Assembly (NCBI GenBank): GCA_951406725.2
Contig: OX597817.1
Span: 120,466,001 to 120,530,000, forward strand
Reading direction: 5' to 3'
Length of the DNA stretch: 64,000 nt
DNA from: Octopus vulgaris
Taxonomy: Eukaryota
This document shows positions 13,054-25,683 of the stretch, piece after piece. The notes below the pieces were generated by a model, which did not search any database, was not told the DNA's origin, and was given only the letters and a program-made list of their open reading frames with translations. The position numbers and the translations under genes are program-made. Positions within the stretch are counted from its first letter, which is position 1; the number at the start of each line of letters is the position of its first letter.

Positions 13054-14127
13054 AAGCAGATATAAGCTGATAGATTTTTAGAAAGATGTTTTTCTCGTGT
13101 CACATCATTTTTGGAGTAAAATCGCATGTCTTAGAACCCGTTAACAATGTAAGTTGAGATGTGTTTGAACTTCTGTCAGGGTAGTCAACTGACTGAGCAC
13201 GTCCCAACCCATGAATGATTGATATTTTTCATCAGTCCTGTAAGGATGAAAAACCAAATTCAAATCTGGTGGAATATGAACTAAGAGTGTAGAGAATAAA
13301 GATTAAAGAATGTAAACTCATTTAGTCTGGTAGTCTGTTATTTCTGCCAACTCATCCCAGAAATTATGCTATTGATTGCTTCTGTAGGATGATTACATAG
13401 TCTACAGTTGATGTTAGACTCTTGTTTTATTATCTTATTTTAGCAGCTTTCATCATCATCATCATCATTCGTCGTCGTCGTCATCATCATCATCACTATC
13501 ACCACCAACATCATCATCAACAACAACATCATTATTTGTGGATAATCATTGATCTTATGCAGATAAAAATCAGTTCTTTAATTTCTGTCTTTAGTCCAAA
13601 GCTTTTAAGCCATTGTTATCTTTCATACTGGCTCACTTAGTCTCTGTCCATTCTTGCAGGATGCTGACCATGAAGAAGTCTTTCTCTCCATTTTATTCTT
13701 TAGTATTTTTGGAGTTCCACTTCTATTTAATCTTTTGTTCATTTCACATTTTCAGTTGTTTCGTGATTTTTTTTTTTTTTTCATTATCTAAACATATTTA
13801 CTTGAAGTACTTAGTTTCTTGTTTTGAATTTATTGTTTTTTATTTTATGATACATATATAAAAAAAATGTTTTTTTATAAATATTTTTCTCATATTATAC
13901 TAATCAGTCTATATTTGCTTGTTTCCAAGTATTTTTGTAGACCCACTGTGGTTACTTTATAAAAGTTTGTTCATTATTCTTCTTCTTCTTCTTCTTCTTC
14001 TTCTTATTATTATTATTATTATTTTTAACCCCCCACTACAAGTAACACCACCACCACCACCACTACCACTACCACTACTACTACTACTACTACTACTAAG
14101 GTAGCGGAATGGCAGAATTGTAAGAAC

Positions 14128-14578
14128 TAAGGCGGTGAGCTGGTAGAAATGTTAGCGTGCCAGGCGAAATGCTGAACAGTATTTCGTCTGCTGTTACGTT
14201 CTGAGTTCAAATTCCGCTGAGGTCGATGTTGCCTTTCATCCTTTCGGGGTTGATAAATCAAGTACCAGTTACACACTGGGGTCGATGTAATCGACTTTAT
14301 ACCTTTGTCTGTCCTTGTTTGTCTCCTCTATGTTTAGTCCCTTGTGGGCAATAAAGAAGTAAGAAACGTTAGCACGCCGGGCAAAATGCTTAGTGGTATT
14401 TTGTCTGCCACTATGTTCTGAGTTCAAATTCTGCTGAAATTGACTTTGCCTTTCATTATTTTGGGGTTGATTAAATAAGTACCAGTTATGCACTGGGGTC
14501 GATATAATCGACTTAATCCGTTTGTCTGTCCTTGTTTGTCCCCTCTGCATGTAGCCCCTTGTGGGCAGTAAAGAAAAA
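14128..14578 (+). mobile_element. Tandem dimer of SINE family E
   Basis: Two consecutive units (14128-14362 and 14363-14578) with B-box-like GAGTTCAAATTCC; 12-bp duplication AGAATTGTAAGA at 14114-14125 and 14579-14590. Confidence 0.9.
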
Positions 14579-14644
14579 AGAATTGTAAGAGCATTAAACA
14601 AAGTAACTTGTGGTATTTCATGCTGCCCTTTACATTTAAAATTC

Positions 14645-14852
14645 ATATCCATTTTGTCCCCACCAGCACTTGATAACCAGAGTTGGTTTGTTTACGTCAC
14701 CATAACTTAGTGGTTCAACAAAAAAGAGAAATAGAATAACTATCAGGCTTACTAAAAAAAACAACAAATACTAGGATCGATTTGTTTTCAAGGCAGTGCC
14801 CCATCATGGCCACAGTCCAATAACTGAAACAGGTAAAAGATAAAGATAAAAG
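14645..14852 (+). mobile_element. SINE family A, 3' half
   Basis: TTGTCCCC..CTTGATAACC..TTTACGTC..CATGGCCACAGTC..ACTGAAACAGGTAAAAG. Confidence 0.75.
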
Positions 14853-14879
14853 TATACAAAATAGTCAAAGCAGAAACTA

Positions 14880-15100
14880 TTATCATCATCACCATTTCAT
14901 GTCTGTTGTCCATGCTAGCATGGGTTGGCTGGTTTGACCAAGGCTGGGAAGTTGAGAGACTGCACCAGACTCCATTCTGATTTGGTAAGGTTTTTACAGC
15001 TGGACACTCTTCCTAATGTCAACCACTTCAAGAATGTAATGGGTACTTTTACATACCACTGACATGGGTGCCAGTTGCATGATACCAGTATGTGCCATGG
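14880..15100 (-). mobile_element. SINE family B
   Basis: CCATGCTAGCATGGGTTGG..CTGCACCAG..TACAGCTGGA..TTCCTAATGTCAACCAC, as in 58852-59182. Confidence 0.8.
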
Positions 15101-15206
15101 AAATGTTTTTGGATATGAATCTGCTCTGTTATGGATAACTGGGATATTTTTAAATATCCCATATCTGAAGTTGGGTATTTATAAAGAAAGAAAAGAACAG
15201 CATTGA

Positions 15207-15672
15207 CTCTTTAGCATTCAGATTGCTCTGTCAAATGTAATGCTTATTTATTCCCACTGTTTTCATTTAATCATGCATTACCTTTTAGCTATGATATTTT
15301 GATAACATAACTGCTAATATTTTAGAATGATATTTATTTCTTCTATTTCCTTATTGCCCACAGGAGGATAAACATAGAGGGGACAAACAAAGGGCTTAAG
15401 TCGATTACATCGACTCCAGTGCGTAACTGGTACTTATTTAATCGATCCCAAAAGGATGAAAGGCAAAGTCGACCTTGGTGGAATTTGAACTCAGAACGTA
15501 ACTACAGATGAAATACCAAGCATTTCACCCGGCGTGCTAACGATTCTGCCAGCTTGCTGCCCTATTTTAGAATGATATTGTAGGGTTGGCGTAAGAAACC
15601 ACAACTGGCCTGTTGGAACATAAAGCAAGTGGAATATTTTGGTTGGAAATGGCTGGTCAAAATGCTGAAAGG
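15207..15672. mobile_element. TTAA MITE family M1, interrupted by a SINE
   Basis: TTGA|CTCTTTAGCATT...AATGCTGAAAGG|TTAA; the two halves are collinear with 3078-3264. Confidence 0.8.
15335..15562 (-). mobile_element. SINE family E nested in a MITE
   Basis: Reverse complement of the 14128 unit; target duplication TATTTTAGAATGATATT at 15318-15334 and 15563-15579. Confidence 0.9.
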
Positions 15673-16749
15673 TTAAGCTGTTGAAATAACATCCAGACAG
15701 AACAGTTGAATTGTGAATGAAATTTAAATGTTTCATAGGTTATTACTTCTATGTTAAAAGTATTTTTGATGTACACAGATTCCAGATACTAGTGACATAA
15801 CTGACAATCTACTGGAATTGTCCATTTATTTTGTATTTTCATTCTACAGCCAATTTTCCCTACTGGCCTGAATTCTGACAGCCAGCATGAGGTTTTGAAT
15901 GTAACTACTTTAGAAGTAGATTATTTTCAGTAGCATTAGTATTTATTTTACAGATATATAAGATTGTAGTTAGTAACAGGCTTTCAAAACTTGAGTCTGA
16001 ACTCTATGAGAAAACCAAAAAAAAAAGCCAACAAAAACAAACATCAATACTAGTAATCATAAACTAGCTTCAATCTGAATCATTCCTACACCATATGAGG
16101 TTATTACACTGTTATGATATGTATCTCATAATGATTTATAGTAAAATAAATAAACAAACAAATAACTAAATATATAAAGGATGCAGTTTTATCTCTCGTA
16201 CATGCTTCATTTCCATCAATCAACCATCAACATCATCCATCTTTTGAAGCTTATTCATCCAATTTATTCCTTCAAAACTTTTTATAAACACTTTTAAACA
16301 ACGGTTTTTCACTGTAGTTACAAGTTGCCAAAGATGAAAATATATTAAATCCTCTTGGAAACTTTCCATAGCTTTCTCCTAATTTTTTTCAGTTTTTTTC
16401 TTTATTTTTCTTCTAATGATTTTGTTTTATTGTTAGAAATTAAACAATTATGTGTTATTCACCGTATTTCTAGTCATAGTTTCTTTTGAAGTTGAATATT
16501 AAAAAACAAAAAAAAACAATTTTTTTTTTTTTACAATTAAATTTTAGAATAAAATTTTATAAACACAAAAGAAGAGAATGGTGTGTGGGGCAATCAATAT
16601 CTTAGTAGTGTACAAGCACACAAACTATTGCCACAAACAATTGCTGTTACCATGATTTAAAAGCTATATCTTTTGTCCTGATGGCATTAGTTAAAATTTA
16701 TCTCTTGATCATCTCTTCACTTTTAAATTAGGCTACATAATGAGCTGAC

Positions 16750-18030
16750 ACAGAGCCATGCCAACTCAAAAGGCATCATAAGCCAGTACTGTACCAATCT
16801 GGGGTACTGGGAAGCAACTTAGCCAGACAGTACTTTATGGCTCATGAGTAGCTGTCAACTGAGTTAGGTGATGTCGATTTTGGCCACACTGGTTTGTTTC
16901 TATTGTATCCATGTTAAAGAAGTATATGTCTGACAATGATGCATACTTGCACTGCTGGCCATCCTTTGTTCTTATCACATCAATGGGTGGATCACAACCA
17001 CTGAGATGTTGTTCTTAGGGATGTGTGAGTGATAGTGGAGCCACAGCTAAGAGCCATATACAAAACAAGTCATCCTGAGTGTTTTTTTTTCTGTTGCGGT
17101 CCAGTCTGGCCAACTCCAAGAATGCCAGTATTCCAGTAGATGTCAAGGATTGTTTCATTATCCATGTTTTTTTATCATGTCAGGCACAATTCCTGGCATT
17201 GAAGTGACAAGACAGTCATATTACCCCTTCAGATTAGCCTATCAACTGTATTTTAACATTTGGTACACAATGAACTGCTAAGCCAGTTTGGAAGGCACTT
17301 GTCATGCATAGTATTAACTTAAGGCACCAGAAGCCAAACCCTTCTCAAAATTTGTGGTTTGGGGTCAAAATAGCAAGCTATTATTTTTTCCTAGTTCATT
17401 ATTTCCAGCTTTCTCCATCTTTCACAAGAAATTTGCTAAGTATCTTCTGATATCTCTGTCATGCGAAGATATTATTTCAAAAGCTAACAAATTCATGGCT
17501 CACGTGCATTTGCCAATTATGCCAGATCTTGTTGATCTGGTTTGGTCTCCTGTTACACACTCTACATGTCTCTCAGCAGCTGTCACATTCTAATTTAATT
17601 ATTTCTTTTCAGTGACTATATAGTTTCAACAACAAAATAAAAACAGCCATACCTCTGAAACAGGTAATATAAAACAGGCAGGTGAGGAGGATCCTGTAGC
17701 AGTGATCCTCTCAGTCAATGTTACTGTGGTCTGCAGTGAGGAGATATGTGCTGGCAATGCAAAATCAGATTAACTCTTTATTTCCTAAGCTTATGATTTT
17801 AGTGATAGAGTCACTGTCATCAACTGTTGTTGTTGAAACTAACATTGGATATATCTGCTAATGTAGGCATTATCAATCAATAGATTGCTTTGATGTGATT
17901 AGTTTCATGGTATACTGCAGGTGTGTGGGGAGGAAGAAGTATATAAATTTGAGTTTTGTGAAACAGTTTTTCAGTATAACATAGGCTGGATATGCATTCA
18001 GGCGATTCAGATGCTCTGTAATTCATGTTC
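16750..18030 (-). mobile_element. Ancient, heavily mutated LINE (CR1/L2-group-like) reverse transcriptase region
   Basis: Collinear frameshifted relics on the - strand: AS..P.CI/PAYVILKNCFTKL (about 17955-18015), SDF..TAD..TLTERI (about 17700-17770), LVT(F)NAR (about 17190-17210), ILGV, YASLS. Confidence 0.5.
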
Positions 18031-19948
18031 CTTCAATGTATTTCTGTGAGATATGATGAATATAATACTACTGACCATGATGACAACTTGAGGATTTCAA
18101 GTTCCTCATCCAGCATAATGTGGATATTGAGCAACTCATTGAGCTAACTTTTGATTGTGTCTGTTGTACTCAGATAACTAAGGGTTAAATTACCAATCAA
18201 ATATTCTATTTCATCTTTTCTAAAAGCATTTTAGTGCTTTGTCTCAAGTTTCCAGATGTATTTACATTATTCTCATATGATTTATGCCAGCAAAGTAAAG
18301 CAAACTACATATACAAGAAAGACAATTTTAAAATTCATTTGCAACTATGAAATAAGAAGCCTGTGTAAAAAATGCAATGTAAACTGGAATTTCAGTTACG
18401 AGATTTTTTGCTGAAGTATGCTTTTCAGAATTGAGAGTTTTTATACTTGATTTAGATAACTTTACAGATATTATTACAGAGACTTAAGAAAATAAAATGC
18501 AAAATCAAAAAGTTTGCCTATTCTACTCTGGTACTGTCTCTATTGCTTAGAATATATATTTTGCAAATTCTTGCAGTTCTCCCTGCATTATTATTTAGAT
18601 AATCATTTGCCTATCAGTGAAACATTTTGCTTAAATATTGCTGTTGAGTACAATTTTCAAAACCAAGAACTATATTGTTTTATAGAATAAAATTGATGGC
18701 ATATAATGGGCTAGCATTTGTTAAAGTCCAAAATATTTTTTCTTTCTAAAAGATGAAACCCTGCAATTTTACATACATATATATAGGAATTCCATACTGT
18801 TTTTTGTTTGCCACAGCAAGTGAAAAAATGTTAAAAGATGAGATCATTAACGTAAGGTAAAAAAAGGAAATACTGTGATGAGAAAAAAAATTTAACATTA
18901 AAATTCTGTACTTAGATAATATAAACTATGCCAACACATGGTAAGATAACGACAGAATAGTTTGAGAGAAAAGTTCTATACTAACAAAGCATATAATTTT
19001 GCTTAGGTGCCACCTGAGGTCATTCAACTAGTTAGAAATAACAAGAAAACAGCTGCAAGGTCACCTTCAAATAATACCCTACCATCTACAAAACTTGTGG
19101 AGACATAAAATGATGTAGTCCAGGATAGAGTATAGTTGGGTAGTCATAGATGGAACATCTGTGATCATAGATTTATTGATCAATGTTAAAGTTGGGCTAA
19201 ACAACAACCTCAAGAGTTTTTTCATTGTTGTTTGATGCTTTAGACTAGATCGACCTTGTTTGGGAAAAACTATGGCGGGAAGTATTCTTAGACTGACCAT
19301 GCCAACTTTTATTCAGGCATAGTGTATCAAGAACTATGTTATCCAAGATATAGTGTTGTGTCTTTTACAAGATATAACTAGAATTTATGCATGTGTGCAT
19401 TATGTGTGTGATAGTAATAAAAATTTCATAAATATAACGAAAATATTTCTTAACATCGAGTTTAGCAAATGAAATAGAATACAAGCATCTCCTACATTAT
19501 GGCTACTTCAGGTTACAGGATATCATGCTTATGGTAATTGTAAAGTATGACTACCAATTTCAAGCTATGATCTGTAATTTCTCTCTTACGGAAACTCAGA
19601 TAAATTTTAAGAATTTAAATCTACACTTTCTTCTTAGCCAAAAGGGTGCTTCTCTACGTTTTATCTTACATCAAATTAGTTATCAATTTGAAGAACTACA
19701 ATCATCATACATACATACATACATACATACACACAGACAGACACATATACATATGCACATACATATATATTATATATGTGTATATTTGTATATGTGTGAT
19801 TATGTTAGTGTTTATGCATCACTATAAACACTTCTGGAATGTGATACAGAATATTTCACCGTGAATGTGTGTGTGTGTGTGTGTATTTCCTTGGTTCACA
19901 ATGAGCACCTATTTAAGTGTCTATTTATATACATATATATATGCATAG

Positions 19949-20014
<66 letters not shown>

Positions 20015-20496
20015 ATATATGTATATAAAGTAGCCTTCACCACTACCACCATCACCACCACTGTCATCAACTTTGATACGGCCATTATCAACACTAAACC
20101 CAATACAATCAAACACCATTATCAACCGACCAATTCCTTAATGATCATCAACAATGGTAACAATAGTATGAACAAGATAAGCAACTCCTGTCTCTATAAT
20201 AAATAAATAAAAAAAAAACTATCACATGAGATAATGTGGTACTCTAGTGTATTTTAAATGTTGAATGAAATGTCTTTGACCTTGGGTCAATGAGTATTGT
20301 TTTGAGACTAAACATCAACAACAATACAGTTAACAAGCGCAACATGACCAGTGCTACCACCGATGATACTCCTGCTGTCATATTCACCTCCATCACCAAC
20401 ACCACAACTAAAACAACAGACACCACCACCACCACCACAAACCCAACACACATGCATACATAATACATACATACATATATACATAATGCATACATA

Positions 20497-20657
20497 GGTG
20501 CAGGAGTGGCTGTGTGGTAAAATGCTTGCTTCTCAACCACATAGTTCAGGGTTCAGTCCCACTGCATAGCACTTTGGGCAAATGTCTTCTACTATAGCCT
20601 TCGGCTGACCAAAGCCTTGTGAGTGGATTTGGTAGATGGAAAATGTAAGAAGCCCAT

Positions 20658-20694
<37 letters not shown>

Positions 20695-20915
20695 GCATGT
20701 GTGTGTGTGTGTTTGTTCCCACCACCATTGCTTGACAACCAATGTTGGTGTGTTTACATCCCTGTAACTTAGCGGTTTGGCATAAGGGACCAGTAGAATA
20801 AGTACTAGGCTTACAAAGAATAAGTCCTGGGGTCGATTTGTTAAGTTAAAGGTGGTGCTCCGGCATGGCTGCAGTCAAATGACTGAAACAATTAAAAGAA
20901 TAAAGAATGAAAGAA
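20497..20915 (+). mobile_element. SINE family A, full length
   Basis: GGTGCAGGAGTGGCTGTGTGGTAA head, GGTTCAGTCCC B-box-like motif, internal (TA)(TG) tract, typical tail. Confidence 0.92.
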
Positions 20916-21492
20916 TACCTACATCCATACATTCATTCATTCATTCATTCATTCATTCAGTCGTTCATTCATTTATACATATACATTAAGATTTGCTATA
21001 CTTCAGAAAAATCAAATCATATAGTAGTCATGGCTGGTGCTGGTGACACATAACAGGTATCTGTGCTAGTAACATATAAAGGGCACCTGTATTGGTGATA
21101 TGCAAATAAGCCACTCATGCCAGTGACACATAACAGGCGTCCACTACACTTGTAACCTTGTTATCTATCACTCCACTGAACCCCTAGCATGAAACCAATT
21201 GATAAGATCAGCCATAAGGGCTATATAAAACTGTACACTTCAATTAATATGTGTGTGTGTGTGTCTGTAATATACAGTATATAAAAGGGATTACAATCCA
21301 AGCTTTGTCCTCATGAAGAACAACTGTGTTCTGACTATCTCAATTGTATGCATGCAGATGTTTTTATTTTTAAGGAGAAAACCATTAACACAATTTGAAA
21401 TTCCTCATCAAGTATATAAATTGCAGAGTATATTCATATTAAAACAAAGACTGGGCTTTATGGTATTGCTTTTAATTCATACATACATAACA

Positions 21493-21519
<27 letters not shown>

Positions 21520-21530
<11 letters not shown>

Positions 21531-22019
21531 CTAGTTGTGTGAGTGTCTGTCCCCTTCGATTTAGATTCCTAACTCCTCCCACATTTTGCGGTGCAGTTTA
21601 ACCAAATTCGGGTATCTTATAGTCGTGATTCATATCGAGCCCGTCTGACTATTAGCGCGCGTCAACGATGAGTCTACGATTTTAAAAATAATTTAACATC
21701 ATTTTTTATTCCATTTTAATGCATAAAATGCATCGTATGTCGATGGCGGCGGAGTTGGCGTCCACGCTCACAGCTGCACCTGTTTGCTTCTCCCCCTTCC
21801 CTCCCTCGTGAAGCTGTGGGGAAGGGAGTGTAAAGAAATCAACGTCGTAATGCGTTGTGAAGGAAACCAGCGTTCTTTTAGAACAACGACTTCATGGCTT
21901 GAAGACACCAAAATAAAAATGGCTAAGAAAGCCCGAATTTATAAGGGAAGTAACTCTCTAAAAATGCTTATATAGTTATTTCCCTTACAAACCCGAGCAA
22001 CGCCGGGCGATACTGCTAG
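21520..22019 (+). mobile_element. Non-autonomous Helitron, young and CpG-rich
   Basis: Begins in a (TA)n tract (TATATAAACTCTAGTTGTGTGAGTGTCTGTC) and ends CCCGAGCAACGCCGGGCGATACTGCTAG|T. Confidence 0.8.
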
Positions 22020-22304
22020 TATATATATATATATGTACAAAATATGAGGGTTTAGTTCGCAGGTGATCTAAACAATTAAGCATGCTGCATAAGTGCTGTA
22101 ACAGATTACCAGGGCTCCAAGCTCATACCCGAGATGGGAGTTATGGAAACATTGTAAATTTCTGATATAGCAGATATATATTTGTTAAAGCGGACAACAA
22201 ACACTAAAGCAAAACAAACACCTCAAGACATATACATTCTTATAATTAAAAAACTTAGTCTTACAGCTGTTTCTGTAGACTTTTTAATAATAATAATGTA
22301 TATA

Positions 22305-22684
22305 GGTGCAGGAGTGGCTGTGTGGTAAGTAGCTTGCTAACCAACCACATGGTTCCGGGTTCAGTCCCACTGCGTGGAATCTTGGGCAAGTGTCTTCTGC
22401 TATAGCCCCGGGCCGACCAATACCTTGTGAGTGGATTTGGTAGACGGAAACTGAAAGAAGCCCGTCGTATAAATGTATATATATATATATGTGTGTGTTT
22501 GTGTGTCTGTGTTTGTCCCCCTAGCATTGCTTGACAACCGATGCTGGTGTGTTTACATCCCCGTCACTTAGCGGTTCGGCAAAAGAGACCGATAGAATAA
22601 GTACTGGGCTTACAAAGAATAAGTCCCGGTGCTCCAGCATGGCCGCAGTCAAATGACTGAAACAAGTAAAAAGAGTAAAGAGTA
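22305..22684 (+). mobile_element. SINE family A, young, small internal deletion near the tail
   Basis: Near identical to 63055-63447 but lacks the segment between CCCGG and TGCTCCAG. Confidence 0.93.
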
Positions 22685-22756
22685 TATGACTTGAGATGTT
22701 TGTCTAGCCTTAGCATTTGTTGTCCTGTTTAACAAATATATATATATATATATATA

Positions 22757-22966
22757 TTGGTAAAAACGGTAAGATAACAAAAGAAAGAAAGAGACCTCAA
22801 TATTATGTAAATAGAGGAAATTTATCTGTAAAATAATATGTGACAATTATTCAATAGCCAAGATAAAACTCTAACCGAAGAGATGGTGTTGTGGATTTCC
22901 ACCTTGGCATCCAAAACTCAGAGTTTTATCTTGGCTATTGAATAATTGTCACATATAATATTACAG

Positions 22967-22969
<3 letters not shown>
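22757..22969. mobile_element. Penelope-like inverted terminal fragment in (TA)n
   Basis: 50-bp inverted arms at 22823-22872 and 22920-22969 enclose CCGAAGA-GATG..CATC-CAAAAC, a degenerate hammerhead-like core. Confidence 0.55.
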
Positions 22970-22998
<29 letters not shown>

Positions 22999-23028
22999 CA
23001 AAATAAGCAACAAGGATATACAGAGGTC

Positions 23029-23116
23029 ATGCAGTACGATCGTTTCAAGCAACTCCATTTAATTGAACAATGCAATCATTACATCAACTTAAATGCAGAG
23101 CAATCCTCAGCTGCAT
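23029..23116 (-). ncRNA. Minimal type I hammerhead ribozyme motif (intact core)
   Basis: - strand reads ATGCAG-CTGAGGA-[long stem II]-GAAAC-GATC-GTA-CTGCAT: 6-bp stem I, CUGANGA, GAAA, palindromic stem III, GUA triplet. The usual closing G-C pair of stem II is absent. Confidence 0.7.
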
Positions 23117-23140
23117 AAAGACATAGAATTCTATGTCTTT

Positions 23141-23217
23141 ATGCAGCTGAGGATGTAATTGATGTAATGATTGCATTGTTCAATTAAATGGAGATGCTTG
23201 AAATGATCGTACTGCAT
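23141..23217 (+). ncRNA. Second hammerhead motif (mirror copy, C15.2 to U, shortened stem II)
   Basis: ATGCAG(23141)-CTGAGGA(23147)-...-GAAAT(23200)-GATC-GTA-CTGCAT(23217). Confidence 0.55.
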
Positions 23218-23357
23218 TACCTCTGGATATCCTTGTTGCTTATTTTGATTTTAATCACCTCATTTTGAAATTGTATGGATAATACTGTACTAAATTCTGG
23301 TGCCTTAACTCACATACCTAATTTATCTGAATCTATCTATCTATCTATCTATCTATC

Positions 23358-23418
<61 letters not shown>

Positions 23419-23574
23419 TCATGATCATCATTTAACATCCATTGTCCATGCTGGCATGGGTTGGATAATTTGACCAGGGCTGGTAAGCTGAGGGGCAGCA
23501 CCAGAGACTCAATAAGTACATCATACACTCAACACACACACACACACAATCACATCTACATACACTCATGCACA

Positions 23575-23632
<58 letters not shown>

Positions 23633-23891
23633 AAGTTTCAAAAATAAAATAATACATTCATGCTCTATATAATGTATGAAGTTCTCCTTTTGTAAATGCA
23701 AATCCATTTTCCCTAAGCATGAAAATTAGTAGATATCTCTGTGATAGTAATTCTTATTTCTTTGAAATTTCCTCTTCTTTTCTTTGAGAATCAGTAGTAA
23801 TTATTGCTGGCAATAATTATTAGTTCAGTGAGAATTTTCTAGATAGTTATTCAGTACATCAACACCTCATATACATCACACCCATACATGC

Positions 23892-23943
<52 letters not shown>

Positions 23944-24958
23944 ATGTAGGTATATATATATATATGTATGTATATGTGTGTATATATATATATATATCTG
24001 AGTGTGTGCATTTGTGTGTGTATATATGTGTGTGTATATATATGTGTGTGTGTTAGAGTGTGTATATATGTGTGTGTATGTGTGTCGTTTGTAGTGAAAG
24101 AATAAGAGGTGGAAGGAGAGAATGAGACTGAACTCATATAAAATAAAATTATAAAATATTATTTTATTGAGGTTAATCTTTAACATGTAGTATGAGCGTC
24201 TACAATACTGATTACCATCAGGATATTTTTAAAGATATTACTGTATTAAATCTTGCATAAAACAACTTCCTAGTACATGATTTATTCAAATATTGGATGA
24301 TGCGTAAGATAAGATAATTGAGAACTCTATTTAAAAGTGGTCTGGCATGAGATGTATTTTTATATCTGATGTCTTTGTCCATTAAAAGAGAAACATTAGA
24401 AAACAGATTTATAATAGTTTCAAGCACAAGCACAAGTTAAACAAAATCTTTAAAAGGAAGGGTGTGTAGTCAATTAATCGATTATATTGATTAAATCATT
24501 TGACTGGTGTCCATTTTTATGGACACAGGAGATATGAAAAGCAAGGCTGATACTCAGTGAGATTTGAACTTGGAACATAGAAAGATGCAACAAAATGACT
24601 GAAGCTCTTTTGTCTGATGGCTATCATTTCTCTCCTTATTTTTAAAATTAAAAAAAAATATTTAAAAGATAATTATCCTATGTGCTAAGTCTAATGAATA
24701 AAGTTAATTTAAAATAGACGTTCATGATCAAAATGCCAGCCTTCTTGATACTAGGAGAAGCAGTTTTGATACTGTGGTATTTATGCTTTATTCAAAGACA
24801 TTTAGTGAACCAAGTGAAATATATCTATTCCATGAATGGAATCTAGGTAGGACACTCAGTTTTTGGAAGAATTTATCAACTATGCTGTTACTGATCATAT
24901 CTATGATGATGATGATGATGATGATGATAATAAAAATAATAACAACAACAACAATAAC

Positions 24959-25020
<62 letters not shown>

Positions 25021-25022
<2 letters not shown>

Positions 25023-25683
25023 CAGAATATGTGGAGATGGACAAGAAACAATAAATCATATTATCTCTGGCTGCCCAGTCCTGGCTAAGAAGGAATATAT
25101 TCACAGACATGATAGAGTTGGAAACTACATACACTGGAAGCTATCCCAACATTATGGAATAACAACAGAAAAAGGATGGTATAGGCATACACCAGAAAAA
25201 GTCACAGAAAACGAGAAAGCAACAATACTCTGGGATATGCCGATACACACAGATAGAGAAATTAAGGCCAACAGACCAGATATAGTAGTCAGAGATCATG
25301 AAGAAAAAAATGCTTTCTAATTGATGTATCAATACCGGCAGATGACAACGTGTCTCTAAAAGAAATGGAGAAACTTTCAAAATACAAAGACCTGGAAATA
25401 GAGGTAACCAGAATGTGGAATCTAAAAACAGAAACAATTCATATCATAGTAGGTGCATTAGGCATGATAAAAAAATATTCAGACAAATACATAACAAAAA
25501 CACCAGGACTTACAAACACATATAACATACAGAAAATTGTACTACTAGGCATTGCACACATCCTACGCAGAACACTTTCCATACAATAACCATCAGAGCA
25601 TCACAACAAATCACAGCACATACCTAAGGCACACAGAGCTCCGCTCGGTAGTGAAGTGAAAGGACACTATAAAAATAAAACTA

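Larger units (their letters stand above)
22997..23249. mobile_element. Fold-back (palindromic) element, probably Penelope pLTR-derived
   Basis: Arms mirror around GAATTC at 23126-23131; 23103-23154 is a perfect 52-bp palindrome. Confidence 0.8.

Noticed and set aside
17653-17730. Apparent 78-nt - strand exon (CTCCTCACTGCAG acceptor, GTATG donor, open frame TTVTLTERIT..)
   Set aside because: It lies within the collinear relic LINE RT (TAD..LTERI motif), so it is better explained as transposon debris.
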